DNA of 53,850 nucleotides from Chara braunii (Eukaryota > Plantae > Charophyceae): assembly GCA_003427395.1 (NCBI GenBank), contig BFEA01000027.1, forward strand, positions 4,159,439 through 4,213,288. Direction: 5' to 3'. Made by a program: the position numbers and the translations under genes. Shown here in pieces: positions 35,846 to 48,701 of the stretch (its first letter is position 1; each line of letters begins with the position of its first letter). The notes under the pieces were generated by a model, which was given only the letters and a program-made list of their open reading frames with translations, ran no database searches and was not told the DNA's origin.

Positions 35846-38800
35846 TGAAGGGCATTGGCACCAAACCAAAACCTGTACTAATGAATACGATCATGGACTG
35901 TACTATCCATCACCCTCCTCCTCCGCCATCCCCTAGATCCCCCCCCCCCTCAACCATATGTTCCTCCCCTGGGGAGGCGCCCCCAAGACTGGGAGCGAAA
36001 GGTTGCCTGCGTCGATCTGGACATCAGAGCTATCAACCTAAACAGTCTGGCACAAGCATCATAGGACAAAAAGGACGCATCTGGAGAATGCTCAAACCGG
36101 ACGGGGCTAGAGCATGGCCTGACGCGATCTGCGTGCAAGAGACACATGTGACACATGCACCCACGCACAGGGCAAAATAAAAATGGGTGTGGCCATACAC
36201 ATCCTACTCGGCCTCGGCTAGATCAGGAGCATCGACGGGGGTAGCAATATGGCTCCCTCCCTCATCACGATTAACCCCCATTGCCAGTGCTCATGAGTGC
36301 GATCTGCAAGAAGGAGGTTGGGTGTATGTTAGGGCGATGATGGGGGATGAGGAACTCGCCATCGCTAGCGTATATGGTCTCAATGATCCGCTGGACAGAG
36401 TACACTTCCTCCACACTCTTCATCAACAATTACCTGTGGGTTTGCCCCTCATTATAGCAGGTGACTACAACATAACCCCCGACCCGCTCTCGACAGAAGA
36501 TCTTCCACTAACAGCCAAAGCCAGGGACAAACCCATGACCGCTGGGCCCTGGATGTGGGCATGCTCACACGCTTTATGGCGATGCTGAACCTGAAGGATG
36601 CATATAGAATCCTGCACCCCGCCAAACGCGCATACACTTGCGTCAGATCGAAAGGGGCAGCGGGCACATCCAATTCCATAATTGACTTTTTCCTTATTTT
36701 CGAGGAACTTATAGGAACTCTACTGGTTGCGGACATTATGCTATTCAGTGTCTGCAAATCCTTCGATCATCGAGCGATCGTTATGGGCTTCTCATTTCAT
36801 ACTCGAATTCAGAGAGGTTCGAGTTTCTATAAGTTCAATGTCTCGCTGCTAAAACTCCCCGCCCTAAAAAATCTGGTCAAAGAATATTGGGAGTACTGGG
36901 TATCGAACCAGGAACAAGCTGCCTCCAAAGTGGAATGGTTCAACGAAGGAGTGGCCCACTTGAGGGACAAAGTAAAGGAGTTCTCGATTGCCTATACTCG
37001 AGAACGCAAGGCAATAGTAGACAAATTGCTAAACGAATTGGAAGCCTGGGACAACCAACTATAAACCGACCTGCTGGACGACACAACCTATCACGAGTTA
37101 CAAGCGGCAAGGGATCATTTGCAGTCATACTTTGACACACAGGCCGAAGCGTGGCGCATCCACGCACGAGTATGCCAACAAGACACGGAGGGCATGATGG
37201 CAAAATCCTTTTTTAGGAAGGCTCAAGCCAGAGCGAGACAGACAACTATTTCCTCGTTGCGCCACCTCTTTGATCACTCTTTGCCGGTGGCAAATAACGC
37301 ATACGCGATCGTGGATTATGTTGCCAAATTTTACCAAAATTTGTATACCTCGGAGTCGACGCAATGGGGGGAACAACATCTAGCCGAAGCCCAGGAAACA
37401 ATGCTCCGACATCTCCCAACAATGCTTTCGTCAACCCAACGTCAGCAGTTGGAAAAGCCCCGTCTATAAACGAAATTCTGGAAGCCCTTAAGGGGATGGA
37501 AGATGAAAAAACACCAGTCTTTGACTCCTTTTCAAAAAAAATTTGGTTGAAATATTAGGACATATTCCAAAATAGCATCGCGCCCTACGTTCACACAGTA
37601 CAGAGGGAAGGGACATTTGGTGGACTGATTAGCCACAACGAAAAAAAATTCCAGAATTAAATAATCATTCTATAGTAAAATTACAATCTAAAATTGAAAT
37701 TTTCATTCCATCTTAAAAAATGTCATTCCAATTTTAAAATTTTTCATCTTGCTTGCAAAATTTCATCCCAAGAATAGGGTATCCCTTCTTATTTGGACTG
37801 TATGCTAGAGATGGAATGAAAGTCTGGATTAATTCATGAAATATTTTAATTGGACTGTTATTCTAAATAAGGATTTTCAGTCATAAATAGGTTATTCCAA
37901 TCTAAATTAGAAGATATTTGTTGTAGTGGAATGAAAATTTAATTGAAATATTTTATAAACTCGTTCAGACTTCCATTCTATTTTGAGCAAATAGATGTAG
38001 TTGGAAGGGAAAACTCATATTTAGACGGTAACTTATCAAATAAAACTGAAAATTTTAGAATTTGACGAACATTGGAATGATAATTTACAAACATGTAGGA
38101 TTTTTTTTTTATGGAATGTTTTTTCAACTTTCATTTCTCGTGGGAATTTTTCTGTTGCAAGGAGTCACCACACTCCTCTACAAGAAAGGGGACAAAGCAG
38201 ACGTCAGAAACTACCGCCCGATCACCCTTCTCCCCCTTCCATACAAAATGGTGTCCAAGGCCCTCACTAACCGACTCCTTCCATACATAAATCACTTGGT
38301 CTTCCAAGATCAGACGGGAGTCATGCCACAAAAAAACATCCAGGACAATGTTCTGTTGGTGAACGAGACCATCAAGTATGTCAAACAACACAGTAAGGAA
38401 ATTGCGGTTCTCTTCATAGACTTTGAGAAGGCCTATGACCAAGTGGATTGGGACTTCTTGGATTGTTGTCTCGATAAAATAAATTGTGGAGAGGGATTTC
38501 GGTCGTGGGTATCCATCATGCACAGATGCGCTGCCACAAATGTTATGGTTAATGACCACCTGTCCCCTTCATTCACTCTACAACGATCGGTTAGGCAATG
38601 ATGCCCCGTTGCCCATTCCTCTTCGTGTTGGTAATGGAGGCATTGGCAGCAATGATCAGAGCCAACCCACATATACAGCGTATAGACATCCCAGAGTTGC
38701 CCTCACATATGGTGTCGGTAACCTCCCTATTTGTCAATGACCTCACAATCCTCATTCGAGCTACAACCGCTTTTATTCAAGCTCTAACAAAAACTATTCA

Positions 38801-40791
38801 AACTTTTGCGGCCGCAGAAAACATTAAGGTGAACTGGGGGATGAAGACTGAGGGTTGGTGGTTGTCCCCACAAGACACCCACCTGCCGCAGTAACCGCCA
38901 ATCAATTGGCACCCGAAGAAAAAAGCTATTCGAATACTTGGGATTCGTCTAACGACCATGGGCCCTCCCTCAGATCATGGACATGCTCTGGTCCAAACAG
39001 CACTCCAAAGATTGCCCATATGGGATGACCTCCACACATCACTGGTAGGTAGGGCGCTTGCGATAAACAACGCCATCCTCGCCACGATTTGGTATAAAAT
39101 GGACTTCTGGGAAATGCCGAAAAATCAGCTCAAACAACTGCGAGTGGCAGTGTCAGCTTACTTGTGGAGAAACGATCACAAGTTGACAAGATGCTTAAAA
39201 AGGGTGGGGTGGAAGTATGTATCCCAGCCAAAGAGAGTGGGTGGGTTGGGCATCTTAGATCCGGGAGATGAAATTAAAGCCCTCCTGTTTAAGGTCATCA
39301 TCCGCCTGCTACTTGCAAACGACATCCCATGGCTACCACTGACATATAAACAACTTGCGAACTTGGCCCCTCCCTCCCACCATGACACTCCGGTCCACCC
39401 GCTCACGTGGTTCACAAACACAGCATGGTCTGTCCCGAGTCCCCCACGTTAGAAAAGGGACGGAATGGCTAGAAACAATGTGAGATGAGACCTCAAACAG
39501 GACCCTATGTGGATCACAATGCTGAACCTCTGAAGGCAGATGAGGTCATCCAAGAAGGCGTCGCCGCTGAGATGACAAGAGATATGGCGGCAACCACTGT
39601 TCTTGGGTGGCGGCCCTGGAGGACGGACCGACAGTGCGCTGCCAATACCGGGTTACAAGGAATACCTCTAATCCGATCCCTATGACCATCTTCCGAGTCA
39701 GAGTAGGCCACAACACCGACAATGGAGTACAACTGCATGCCTATGCACCGGATGTACCGCAAGTGCGCTGGGCTTCGCTGAAAAGAGACCACGATTTAGA
39801 CTGCATACTCCCACTAGAAAAACTATCCAGGATAAGGGTTGTCGGGACTGAGGACTTAGGCTACTTTGCTTATGATATGATCACCCCGGTGTGTGCACTC
39901 CCATTCGACCCTGAAGAGTGGGAGTGGAAAGGCCGCAAACCGACACAGATCTGGCAATACACGGTGAGAGGAGGCTATAAACAAGCACACAAAATGCACG
40001 ACTCCACGACGGTGGTGCAAAAGAGATGGAGAAGGGATTCGCCGCTGCAAAACAAGGACCTGCGCCATATCCCTTGGCCCACCTATGCACACATAATGCC
40101 GACATCTCACAGGGCCCTGCAGTGGCAGATAACACACCGCTGTCTTCCGACGCCCGACTGGATAACAACACGCAACAAACTGGAACAAGCAGAAGTCATG
40201 TCCCCCATTTATTCTTTCTGCGGGGAAGGCGCGCAACGTAGACGTGCAAATCTGGAACACTGCATTTTGGGGTGCCCAATGGCAGTGCAGGTGTGGCAAT
40301 GGTGGGACGCGATGTGGCATGAGCTCACTGCATCGCCTTTCCAATGGAATGTGACCCTCATCCTGTTAGGCAAGAGGAAAAGTTTTCCGCCTGCTTGGTT
40401 GCTCTTCCAGGCGAACCTCTTTAAATACTTGAGGCTTGCCCTAGTCATGGTAATATAGAGAGTGCGGTGCTCAGCAGAACACAAAGAAGGCACCTTTGGC
40501 TTCCATCAAGCCAAACAGGAACTGGTGAAAGTAGCCAGAGCAAACTTGCTGAGAGCTAGCCAAAAGTTAGTAAAAACGGTGGAGGCAACTCAAGACCGGG
40601 AGAACAAACAACGAGCGATCAGGGCCTTTACACAAACATGGTTAGACCCCAACTGTAAAATGGCAGACGTGCAACCCGATGGCAGACCCGATGGCAGACT
40701 GGTTTGGAAGAACTGGGCCGCGGAAGACCACCGGTGGACATACAGACCGGCGAACTGCTTCCCAACACCTCTTCCCGGATATCCGGATTGA
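35845..40791 (+). pseudogene. L1-like LINE ORF2 (APE-RT-Cys-rich C-terminus), decayed
   Basis: ICVQETH, IIAGDYN, IDFFLI, DHRAI, NYRPITLL, FIDFEKAYD, SVRQ*CP, LFVND, PKRVGGLGI, FCGE...LEHCILGCP. Confidence 0.92.
37636..38157 (+). mobile_element. ~520-bp MITE, copy 4 (TSD CA)
   Basis: ca|caacgaaaaaaaattcc...ggaatttttctgttg|ca; excision restores GLISQGVTTLLYKKG. Confidence 0.93.
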
Positions 40792-41056
40792 GCGCTAGAC
40801 GAAGTGCCGCGAAGCAATAATGACTGGGCTTTACCCCAGGACTGCGGAGACTGTCCCTCTCCTTCACCACCTATACAATCCCCCCCTCCCCCGTCACATC
40901 CCCCTCCTACCGCCCCTTTGCCCCCCCCCCCTTTGCCCTGCGCCACGCCTCCCACAACCCTCACACCGCCCCCTCCACCCCCTTCACAGCCCCCCCCTAT
41001 CCCGTCCCAGCCTTCCCCTTCTGTCCCATCGCCGCCTCCCTCCCTTCCCTCTGCTC

Positions 41057-41094
41057 CTGTCTCTTATACACATCTAGATGTGTATAAGAGACAG
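41057..41094. other. Nextera mate-pair junction adapter (assembly contamination)
   Basis: Exact CTGTCTCTTATACACATCT+AGATGTGTATAAGAGACAG, flanked by a duplicated ~66-bp segment. Confidence 0.98.
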
Positions 41095-42048
41095 GCCCCC
41101 CCCTATCCCGTCCCAGCCTTCCCCTTCTGTCCCATCGCCGCCTCCCTCCCTTCCCTCTGCTCTGCCCCCTCCCCCTTTTTTTCAACCTGCTCCGCAAGTG
41201 GCCAGCCGGCCTGAGACAACAACTGTACACCACTAATCTGTCAGTTGACTATCAATAGAGATGCCGACCTGCCTCCCAGAGCAGGGGTTGGGAGAGCCAT
41301 GGTCCAGCTGACACCATGTACACAATAATGGACCAAGAGGTCTATTCAATCAAATCAGAGACAAGACATGAAACAAGGGTCTAAAGGCTAAAACACACTC
41401 AGGGGTATTGGGGGGGCTGTTGATTTCAGAAAGTAGCTTGGGAATGGTTGGTGAATAGGGGAGTTAAGGCTGACAATCATTACTGAGGGCAAGGCAAGAT
41501 GATAGGAAAGGCCCACGCTTAGGGAAGGGGGCTATGAGCAGCTCCGAAGAGAAGTTGGGTGCTCTGAAGTAGAGTAACTGATGCTGGTACCCCGGACTTG
41601 AATTTCACGAATGTATCTACGGGACGCTGGACCCGGTTTCCAGCAGGTGTAGCTCCCCACCAATAGATGGAGCGCCCCGGCAGCCAAAGCCTCAATCCTG
41701 CCGGCTCTCTTACCGTCGCGGGGATAGAGGCCTTGCAAGAGGGCTTAAAAAAAAAAAAAAAAAAAGTATTGATGGAAGATATTTGTTTAGAATGGGACGT
41801 TGGACCCGGTTTCCAGCCTCATCGGGAAGTATTACTTGAGATCTAGTTGATAACCAAGCTTTGCTCGTAAGCGAAACTGGTTGAGGCTGCCAGGATAACC
41901 CCGGGGTGAATTGTGAGGTCCCCGGCCTCGTCCCATTGTTTTTGCAATATATTGTAATGCGTTCCTCAAAAAAAAAAAAAAAAAAAAAAAAAAGGCCAAA
42001 GCATACGACAAAACGGAAAGGGTCAAAGCATACGACAAAACGGATTTC

Positions 42049-42617
42049 GCAACTGTCCTACTCAAGCCCTTGTAGTTGGTACCTACTCGACGGGGCCAGA
42101 TGTAACCATCACTTCAGCATTGTCAAGATACTATCAATTTAGTTATGTTTTCGCAACTGTCTTCTGAGTTTTTTTCATCGACGATCTTCAGTATCAACGG
42201 CGGACACTGTTTCTAAGGACCAATTTCTTTAATTCATAACTGTCTCTTGGTGGCCTTCTCGTCAACGATCTTCAGTTCCAACGGAGGGCGCTGTCTTTCT
42301 AAAGAATTCACTGTCCTTTTCTAGGATTAATTCCTTATTTTCAAGATCTACGGATGCTAACGAGTGAGACAAGATCCACGAAGGGACTTAGTGGAACTCA
42401 CCCTGCGGGAAGAAGCCCTTCGGAGGACCGACCGCCACTTGATCCAGGAGCTGCGAGTGTATAAGTAACCGGCACAGGACTGGTCGCTGCAGGCTGACTT
42501 GACTCGCGCGGAGCGGCTTCAGGATTTCATCCGCCGGCAGCTACACCCATCGCATAGGCAAACCTGCGGTCATAGCACAACCACCAACTCTGCTAAGAGG
42601 CCGAGTTGTTTTCTCCC
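42049..42617 (+). repeat. Split direct repeat A1
   Basis: Highly similar to 51995-52557. Confidence 0.93.
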
Positions 42618-44494
42618 CAGACTCTGACCACACACTGCACGTGTCGCTTTGCCTTTTCGGCACCTCAAGTGAATCTTGCCTCGCTCACCAACAACCCCCC
42701 CCCTCCCCCCTGCCCAAGCCTTTGTGTCTGATTCATTCAAAACTGGTCGGTCAAGGTCCCCCCGCTCATTCAAAAGTCCGGTAAGTCCTCTTTTTCTATC
42801 TGTCAGTCGTTATGAACCCCATTCCCTATTCCCCGGGCCCAGTCCCTTCTGACACTTCTGGTTCTCCGCCAAACCGCAGAGGCAACTCGACTCAATCCTC
42901 TCCCCGCCAATCCGCTTCATCGCCGAGTCACTCCTCCTCCTTTCACTCACCTCCTCATGACAACCCTCCCCTCTATGACCCTTTCCTCAAGCACCACTAC
43001 CCTGCCCATCTCCTTCCTCATTCCCTTTCCCCCCTCTTTGCGGATTCCTTTCTTCAAGATTTTTCCTCCCTTATCGATTCTCCGCCGGCGGCTTTTTTGC
43101 CTCCTCCCATCACCACAGATCCAGCGCTGCAAAGCATCTTCGTGATAGATCCGCCGACTGCATCCCTTCTCCCTCTTCACCTTTTCTCCTTCCTCTTTTT
43201 CTTCCCGTCTCGTTAGTAAGGATTCAGAGGAATAGTATAGAAAGAATTTTTGGTGACCTTCTCAACATTGAAGATGTTATTGACTATGCTTCCTCGGCGG
43301 CTACTTTTAGGTTCCAAGACAACCAAAGGAACCTTTTCGTTCTGAAGAGAAAGCGTGTCTCCGAACTTCTTGCTCACTCTCTTTTCTCGCCGACAATCTT
43401 CAATCACCTAGTTGTTGATTCGCGCCCTCTTTCCTCCTTGTCTTCACGAGAATTGTTGAGAGCTCAGCTGGACTTGGCTGAGTTCCAGGTCAAGAATGCT
43501 AAGGGAATTGCGGCAAACTTCTACTGTTTTGCCATTTGTATTGCAAAGATTGAAGCAAGATCCGCGCAACCTTGGGTGGGGGAAGGGCTGCTGACCTTAC
43601 TCCAGAACCTTCCTGGTTTTGCGGCATCGCCTTCACTTGCTCTTTCAGTTTCGGCTTTCTTCAAGGATTTTTTCTATTCACTTGGCACAGACGCTTCTCA
43701 GGATCTTCATCTCGAGAAGTTGGCAGACTGGGGTCCGGGACCCTGGTTTCGATACTTGAAGAAGAAGGTTTGCGGCAAGCTCCCTGACTACGTTCTCCAT
43801 CCCACTTTGCCGCTAGAACCCTCACCGTCGTTTGCTCCAGACTATCCCAGGCTCTTCATTTCTTCAAGGAAGGGTTACAGGAAGTGTGTTAGTTTTAGTC
43901 ATAGGATAGTTAGCGATGAAGAGGAAGGGGAAGCAGGCGCCTCAGGTGCACAGCAGGAAGAAGAAGTCTGGAAAATCAGAGATTGAGGAAGCTTCCTCTT
44001 CTGATTCCCCATCCCCTCGCCCCCTTCCCCTTCAACCTCTCGTTCTAGTCACGAAACCGCCCTCTTCGTCTCACACCTCTGTAAATCCGCAACCTACTCT
44101 CCCGTCAGTTCCCAAAACCCCAAGGCAGAGACGAAAGCCTAGGATTTGCAAGAATCTCGACTACCTTATATTCTTTTTCTTTTTTTTTTCTACTTTCTCT
44201 TCATCTCATCACCTTTTTCCTCCTCTACAAACCTAATCGTTTGCTTTGTCTCCCTCCATAAGACAAATTAATGGAGGATTGTTATTAGCATGCTAGTGCT
44301 TTCGGAGGATTTCTTGCCTTAAATTCCTGAGTCGAACTCAATGATTTGATCGAACTACTGTTTGTCTTGCGTTTTCAGTTGCAATTTCAAGTATTTGGAA
44401 TATGGTTAATTCCTTGCAATTTAGCATGATTATGGCATTCTTATGACTGGTCCATGTTTTTTGACCTCTTAATTAGCAAAATCAGCTGCATCTG

Positions 44495-44525
<31 letters not shown>

Positions 44526-45915
44526 CAAGAAAGCAAAGGGGTTGAATGTTGCTTCATGTATGGTAATATTTAATTTGCATTTCAATCATCACTAGGAAAT
44601 TTAAGTTAAAAATTAGTGTTTCTACAAAGGAGATTTGAAATTAGTTATTAACCATTCACTTAGCTCTTCTGCAATTCTCCTTAGCTGCCTGCATCTCTTT
44701 ATGACGAAAAACTTTTTGATGAAGTAGCGCGGAACGAGGCTGAGGACGCGGAATCAATCATGCATCCTTAGCCTTGCGGACGCCCGGTGTCATGATTTTT
44801 TGGACTTCTCGTTCTTGGTCTCAAAGTTTTTCATCTGAACTTCTCAATTCTTAGCCGCTTCTCTCATCGAGAGTTCTGATGAGAAGCGTTAAATCTCCTT
44901 GGTATAAAGAATTTGGTCGAAATAAGGAATGACGGCCGCTCCCGTATGGCATCAAGATTTTCTAAAGAAATGCGTGTAATTGAAGACTTGTGTATGTGTT
45001 CATTGTTTGTATGTATGTGTGCACAACCGCTTTCTCATCGCGAGTTATTGTGTATCATATGAACCGACTAAGTCCCCTCGGTAGGGACAGATTGGCCGAA
45101 TCAAAGGAATGACGACCGCCCTCGTATAGTGTTTAAGTAAGAGGATTGTTTTCCAAGTAATGCGTACAGACGAGTTCTTCTGCGTGTGCCTTGTTTTTAT
45201 TTGCGTGGGTGTGTTAAAGGAATAAAATGAGAAGAGTAGGGTATCGTGACATGTATTTTTGCCGTTTTGCAGAAGGATAACTCTTGACTTATTCGAGCAA
45301 TCCACTAGTCATTCTTCCTTATTTCTTCATCATCAACAATCTGCAATTAATTAAAAAAAAAAAACTAAACTTGTGCTTATAAGCAATTAAAAATTCCGGA
45401 AACTCAACTTAGATGACTTAGCCTCAGGACTGATTCTTTTTTTTTTATCTCTTTTTGACCCAAGGTTAACTCACTTAGTTATTTGCCTTTAGACCTTACC
45501 TTACCACTATCTCTTTTTACGGCAAATCTGAAGCAGTAAGTATTATTGAAGACAGTATAACTAAAAGCACAGCTCGCAGTTCTCATTCATACGAACTAAT
45601 CGGATCATTAAAATTTGCAGTAGGTCTTCAAAAATTAAGTAAACTAGATTATCATGTCTTCTTGAAAAGTCAAGACCGTTTTTTTTGTCATTACTGTCAA
45701 TCAGGACCGAGTAAAATCGCCCAGGGATGAGCACTGAATGGGATTGTCATGACAACCTTTTTTGCTTTAATATGACCAATAACCCAACTATATTATTTCA
45801 ACCACTTCTATGTAAACTCGGGCATGCATAAGTAATGTCTTGTCCTCCTCAAACCTATTCCGATAAAAAAAAAAAAAAAAAAAAAAAAAGGAGAAGTGAA
45901 AATTTCTTGTATTCA

Positions 45916-46843
45916 NNNNNNNNNNNNNNNNNNNNNNNNNNNNNNNNNNNNNNNNNNNNNNNNNNNNNNNNNNNNNNNNNNNNNNNNNNNNNNNNNNNNN
46001 NNNNNNNNNNNNNNNNNNNNNNNNNNNNNNNNNNNNNNNNNNNNNNNNNNNNNNNNNNNNNNNNNNNNNNNNNNNNNNNNNNNNNNNNNNNNNNNNNNNN
46101 NNNNNNNNNNNNNNNNNNNNNNNNNNNNNNNNNNNNNNNNNNNNNNNNNNNNNNNNNNNNNNNNNNNNNNNNNNNNNNNNNNNNNNNNNNNNNNNNNNNN
46201 NNNNNNNNNNNNNNNNNNNNNNNNNNNNNNNNNNNNNNNNNNNNNNNNNNNNNNNNNNNNNNNNNNNNNNNNNNNNNNNNNNNNNNNNNNNNNNNNNNNN
46301 NNNNNNNNNNNNNNNNNNNNNNNNNNNNNNNNNNNNNNNNNNNNNNNNNNNNNNNNNNNNNNNNNNNNNNNNNNNNNNNNNNNNNNNNNNNNNNNNNNNN
46401 NNNNNNNNNNNNNNNNNNNNNNNNNNNNNNNNNNNNNNNNNNNNNNNNNNNNNNNNNNNNNNNNNNNNNNNNNNNNNNNNNNNNNNNNNNNNNNNNNNNN
46501 NNNNNNNNNNNNNNNNNNNNNNNNNNNNNNNNNNNNNNNNNNNNNNNNNNNNNNNNNNNNNNNNNNNNNNNNNNNNNNNNNNNNNNNNNNNNNNNNNNNN
46601 NNNNNNNNNNNNNNNNNNNNNNNNNNNNNNNNNNNNNNNNNNNNNNNNNNNNNNNNNNNNNNNNNNNNNNNNNNNNNNNNNNNNNNNNNNNNNNNNNNNN
46701 NNNNNNNNNNNNNNNNNNNNNNNNNNNNNNNNNNNNNNNNNNNNNNNNNNNNNNNNNNNNNNNNNNNNNNNNNNNNNNNNNNNNNNNNNNNNNNNNNNNN
46801 NNNNNNNNNNNNNNNNNNNNNNNNNNNNNNNNNNNNNNNNNNN
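45916..46843. other. Assembly gap (928 N)
   Basis: N run. Confidence 1.
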
Positions 46844-47483
46844 GGGGTTATTTTTATTTGAATTTTTGTAAGTCTGCACCTTAGCTTAAAACCTTCTATC
46901 TGATTTTTCTTTGTTCAAGCAAATCTGTGGAGCATTATTTTCAAAAAAAAAAAAAAGGCAAGTCTGCACCTTAACTTAAACCTTCTATCTAATTTTTCTT
47001 TGATCAACCAAATCTGTAGAACTTTATTTCTATAAAAAAAAAAAAAAAAAAAAAGGGGAGGAGGATAATAATATTAACATACAAGGGAGGGGGAGAGAAG
47101 AGGTGAAAGAAACGTCGGAATTGAGGTCTCCCTACAGTTGAACAATTCATTTATTTATTTTAGCCCCATCTTGTCTTGCAGGCACCGTGGACACCTTTCT
47201 TGACAAATTGACGGATATCTTCATGCTTACGCCTTTTGTTGCCCTTCTTAAAATCTTCTCACTATCTAAGAACCAACTCCTAATTCTATGTTTTCCTTTT
47301 AAAATACTTCAATTATTTTCCCGCATATTTATCGTCTTCTTCTTAACCCCACCTATCCTCTTAATCGCCCTCTTATTTTCTAGAATTCAAAGTTATATTT
47401 TATTTCTAAGTTATATTTTATTTCTAAAATCATCAAAGTTATATTTTATTTCTAAAATCATCTTTCTTTTTCATGTGTTTCAG

Positions 47484-48701
47484 ATGGACTCTATGCTTTT
47501 AGCTTATCTCAATGCCTCAGGTCCCCTTTCACTCACCGGGGCAGAAGTCCTTGCTGTACTTCCCATTTTTCCTCCCATTTACACTCCTGCTAGGATTATC
47601 CAATGCCTTAATCCTACTATGCACGACCCCCAGAAATTACTGTTTCTGGTTACCCCTAACAACTCCCAAAGGCAATATAAGGTCAGCGCACTAGCCATCA
47701 AAATTAAACCTTTGTCTCCCCCTTCCCCCTTTTCTATCCCTCCACCACTTTTTTCAAGAACACCTCCACCTCTCACCACGGTCACCCCTTCCCCTCAAAA
47801 CCCCATCATTCCTTCCCAACATCATCTCTCAACCCCATCCACTTCTCTGCAACCCAATCCCTCAACGCAAATGGTCTCTATGGATCTCTTCGAGCAACTT
47901 AAACTTCAGCTTCTTAAGCAAGAGAGTGAAACCAAGTCAGCCACGGAAGCCTTCCTAAGGGAACTCGCTAAGAAAGAGGAGAAAACGCGGGCTGTCAATG
48001 AGCTCTACCGAAATCTGCTCTCCGATATGGAAGCTATCAAGATTCGTGTTGCTGAGAAATCAGGCCCCTCTTATGACGAACTGCAAGTCTGGCACAAGAT
48101 GTTTTGTGCTCATGCCTGGCATCATCAAGTCGCTACGGTCATCCGTTTCTACACTATCAATCTCAATTACCATCATTATCCGTTTGGAAGGGCTATGGCC
48201 GACGATTTTGCAACTTGAGTCGCCTCGGTGGCTAAAGATTTTATCAACCACAAGATATCAAAGGGAACAAGATCAGCTCTTAACAAGGTCTTGCGCAAAG
48301 GAATGGAGAAGGCGCTCCCTATCATCGAAACAGAATACAACTATTGCCTAAACATCGCAAGGAGGGACCATTCTAGGTAAGCAAAAGGGCAGTCGCCCGA
48401 TCTCAAGTTATTATTGCCCTGGACTGTTAAGTAGGTCCACGCCATTCGCGTTCATGGGCTTATCTACCTCTCATTATTGTTTATTTGCAGGTCTGAATCA
48501 GACTCATCATCCAGTAAAAGAAAGGAGGAGGCCGACAAATCTAATGACTTCAAGAAACCATCCTCGAAGCGCCACTATGAAGACAAATCAGACAGAGGCT
48601 ACGACTTCAACCGCGCTTCTAAGCGCCCTCACATCGACTCGGATCCCAACTCCATCCCCTCTTCCTCTTCGTCAGAACTCACCAGGCATTCAGCACAATG
48701 A
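47484..48701 (+). pseudogene. gag-like ORF with one premature stop and a 114-bp intron (48377-48490)
   Basis: MDSMLLAYL..., Pro-rich then coiled-coil-like; frame continues past TGA at 48216; splicing AG|GTAAGC...TTGCAG|G joins ...RDHSR-SESDSSSSKRK in frame. Confidence 0.65.

Noticed and set aside
38062-38157. N-terminus of ORF 38062..38601
   Set aside because: Derived from MITE sequence fused in frame to the LINE RT region; not a real start.
41057-41094. Genuine Tn5 mosaic-end transposon
   Set aside because: Exact synthetic Nextera junction adapter.
45788-46884. Long ORFs of 321-363 aa
   Set aside because: Produced by the N gap.
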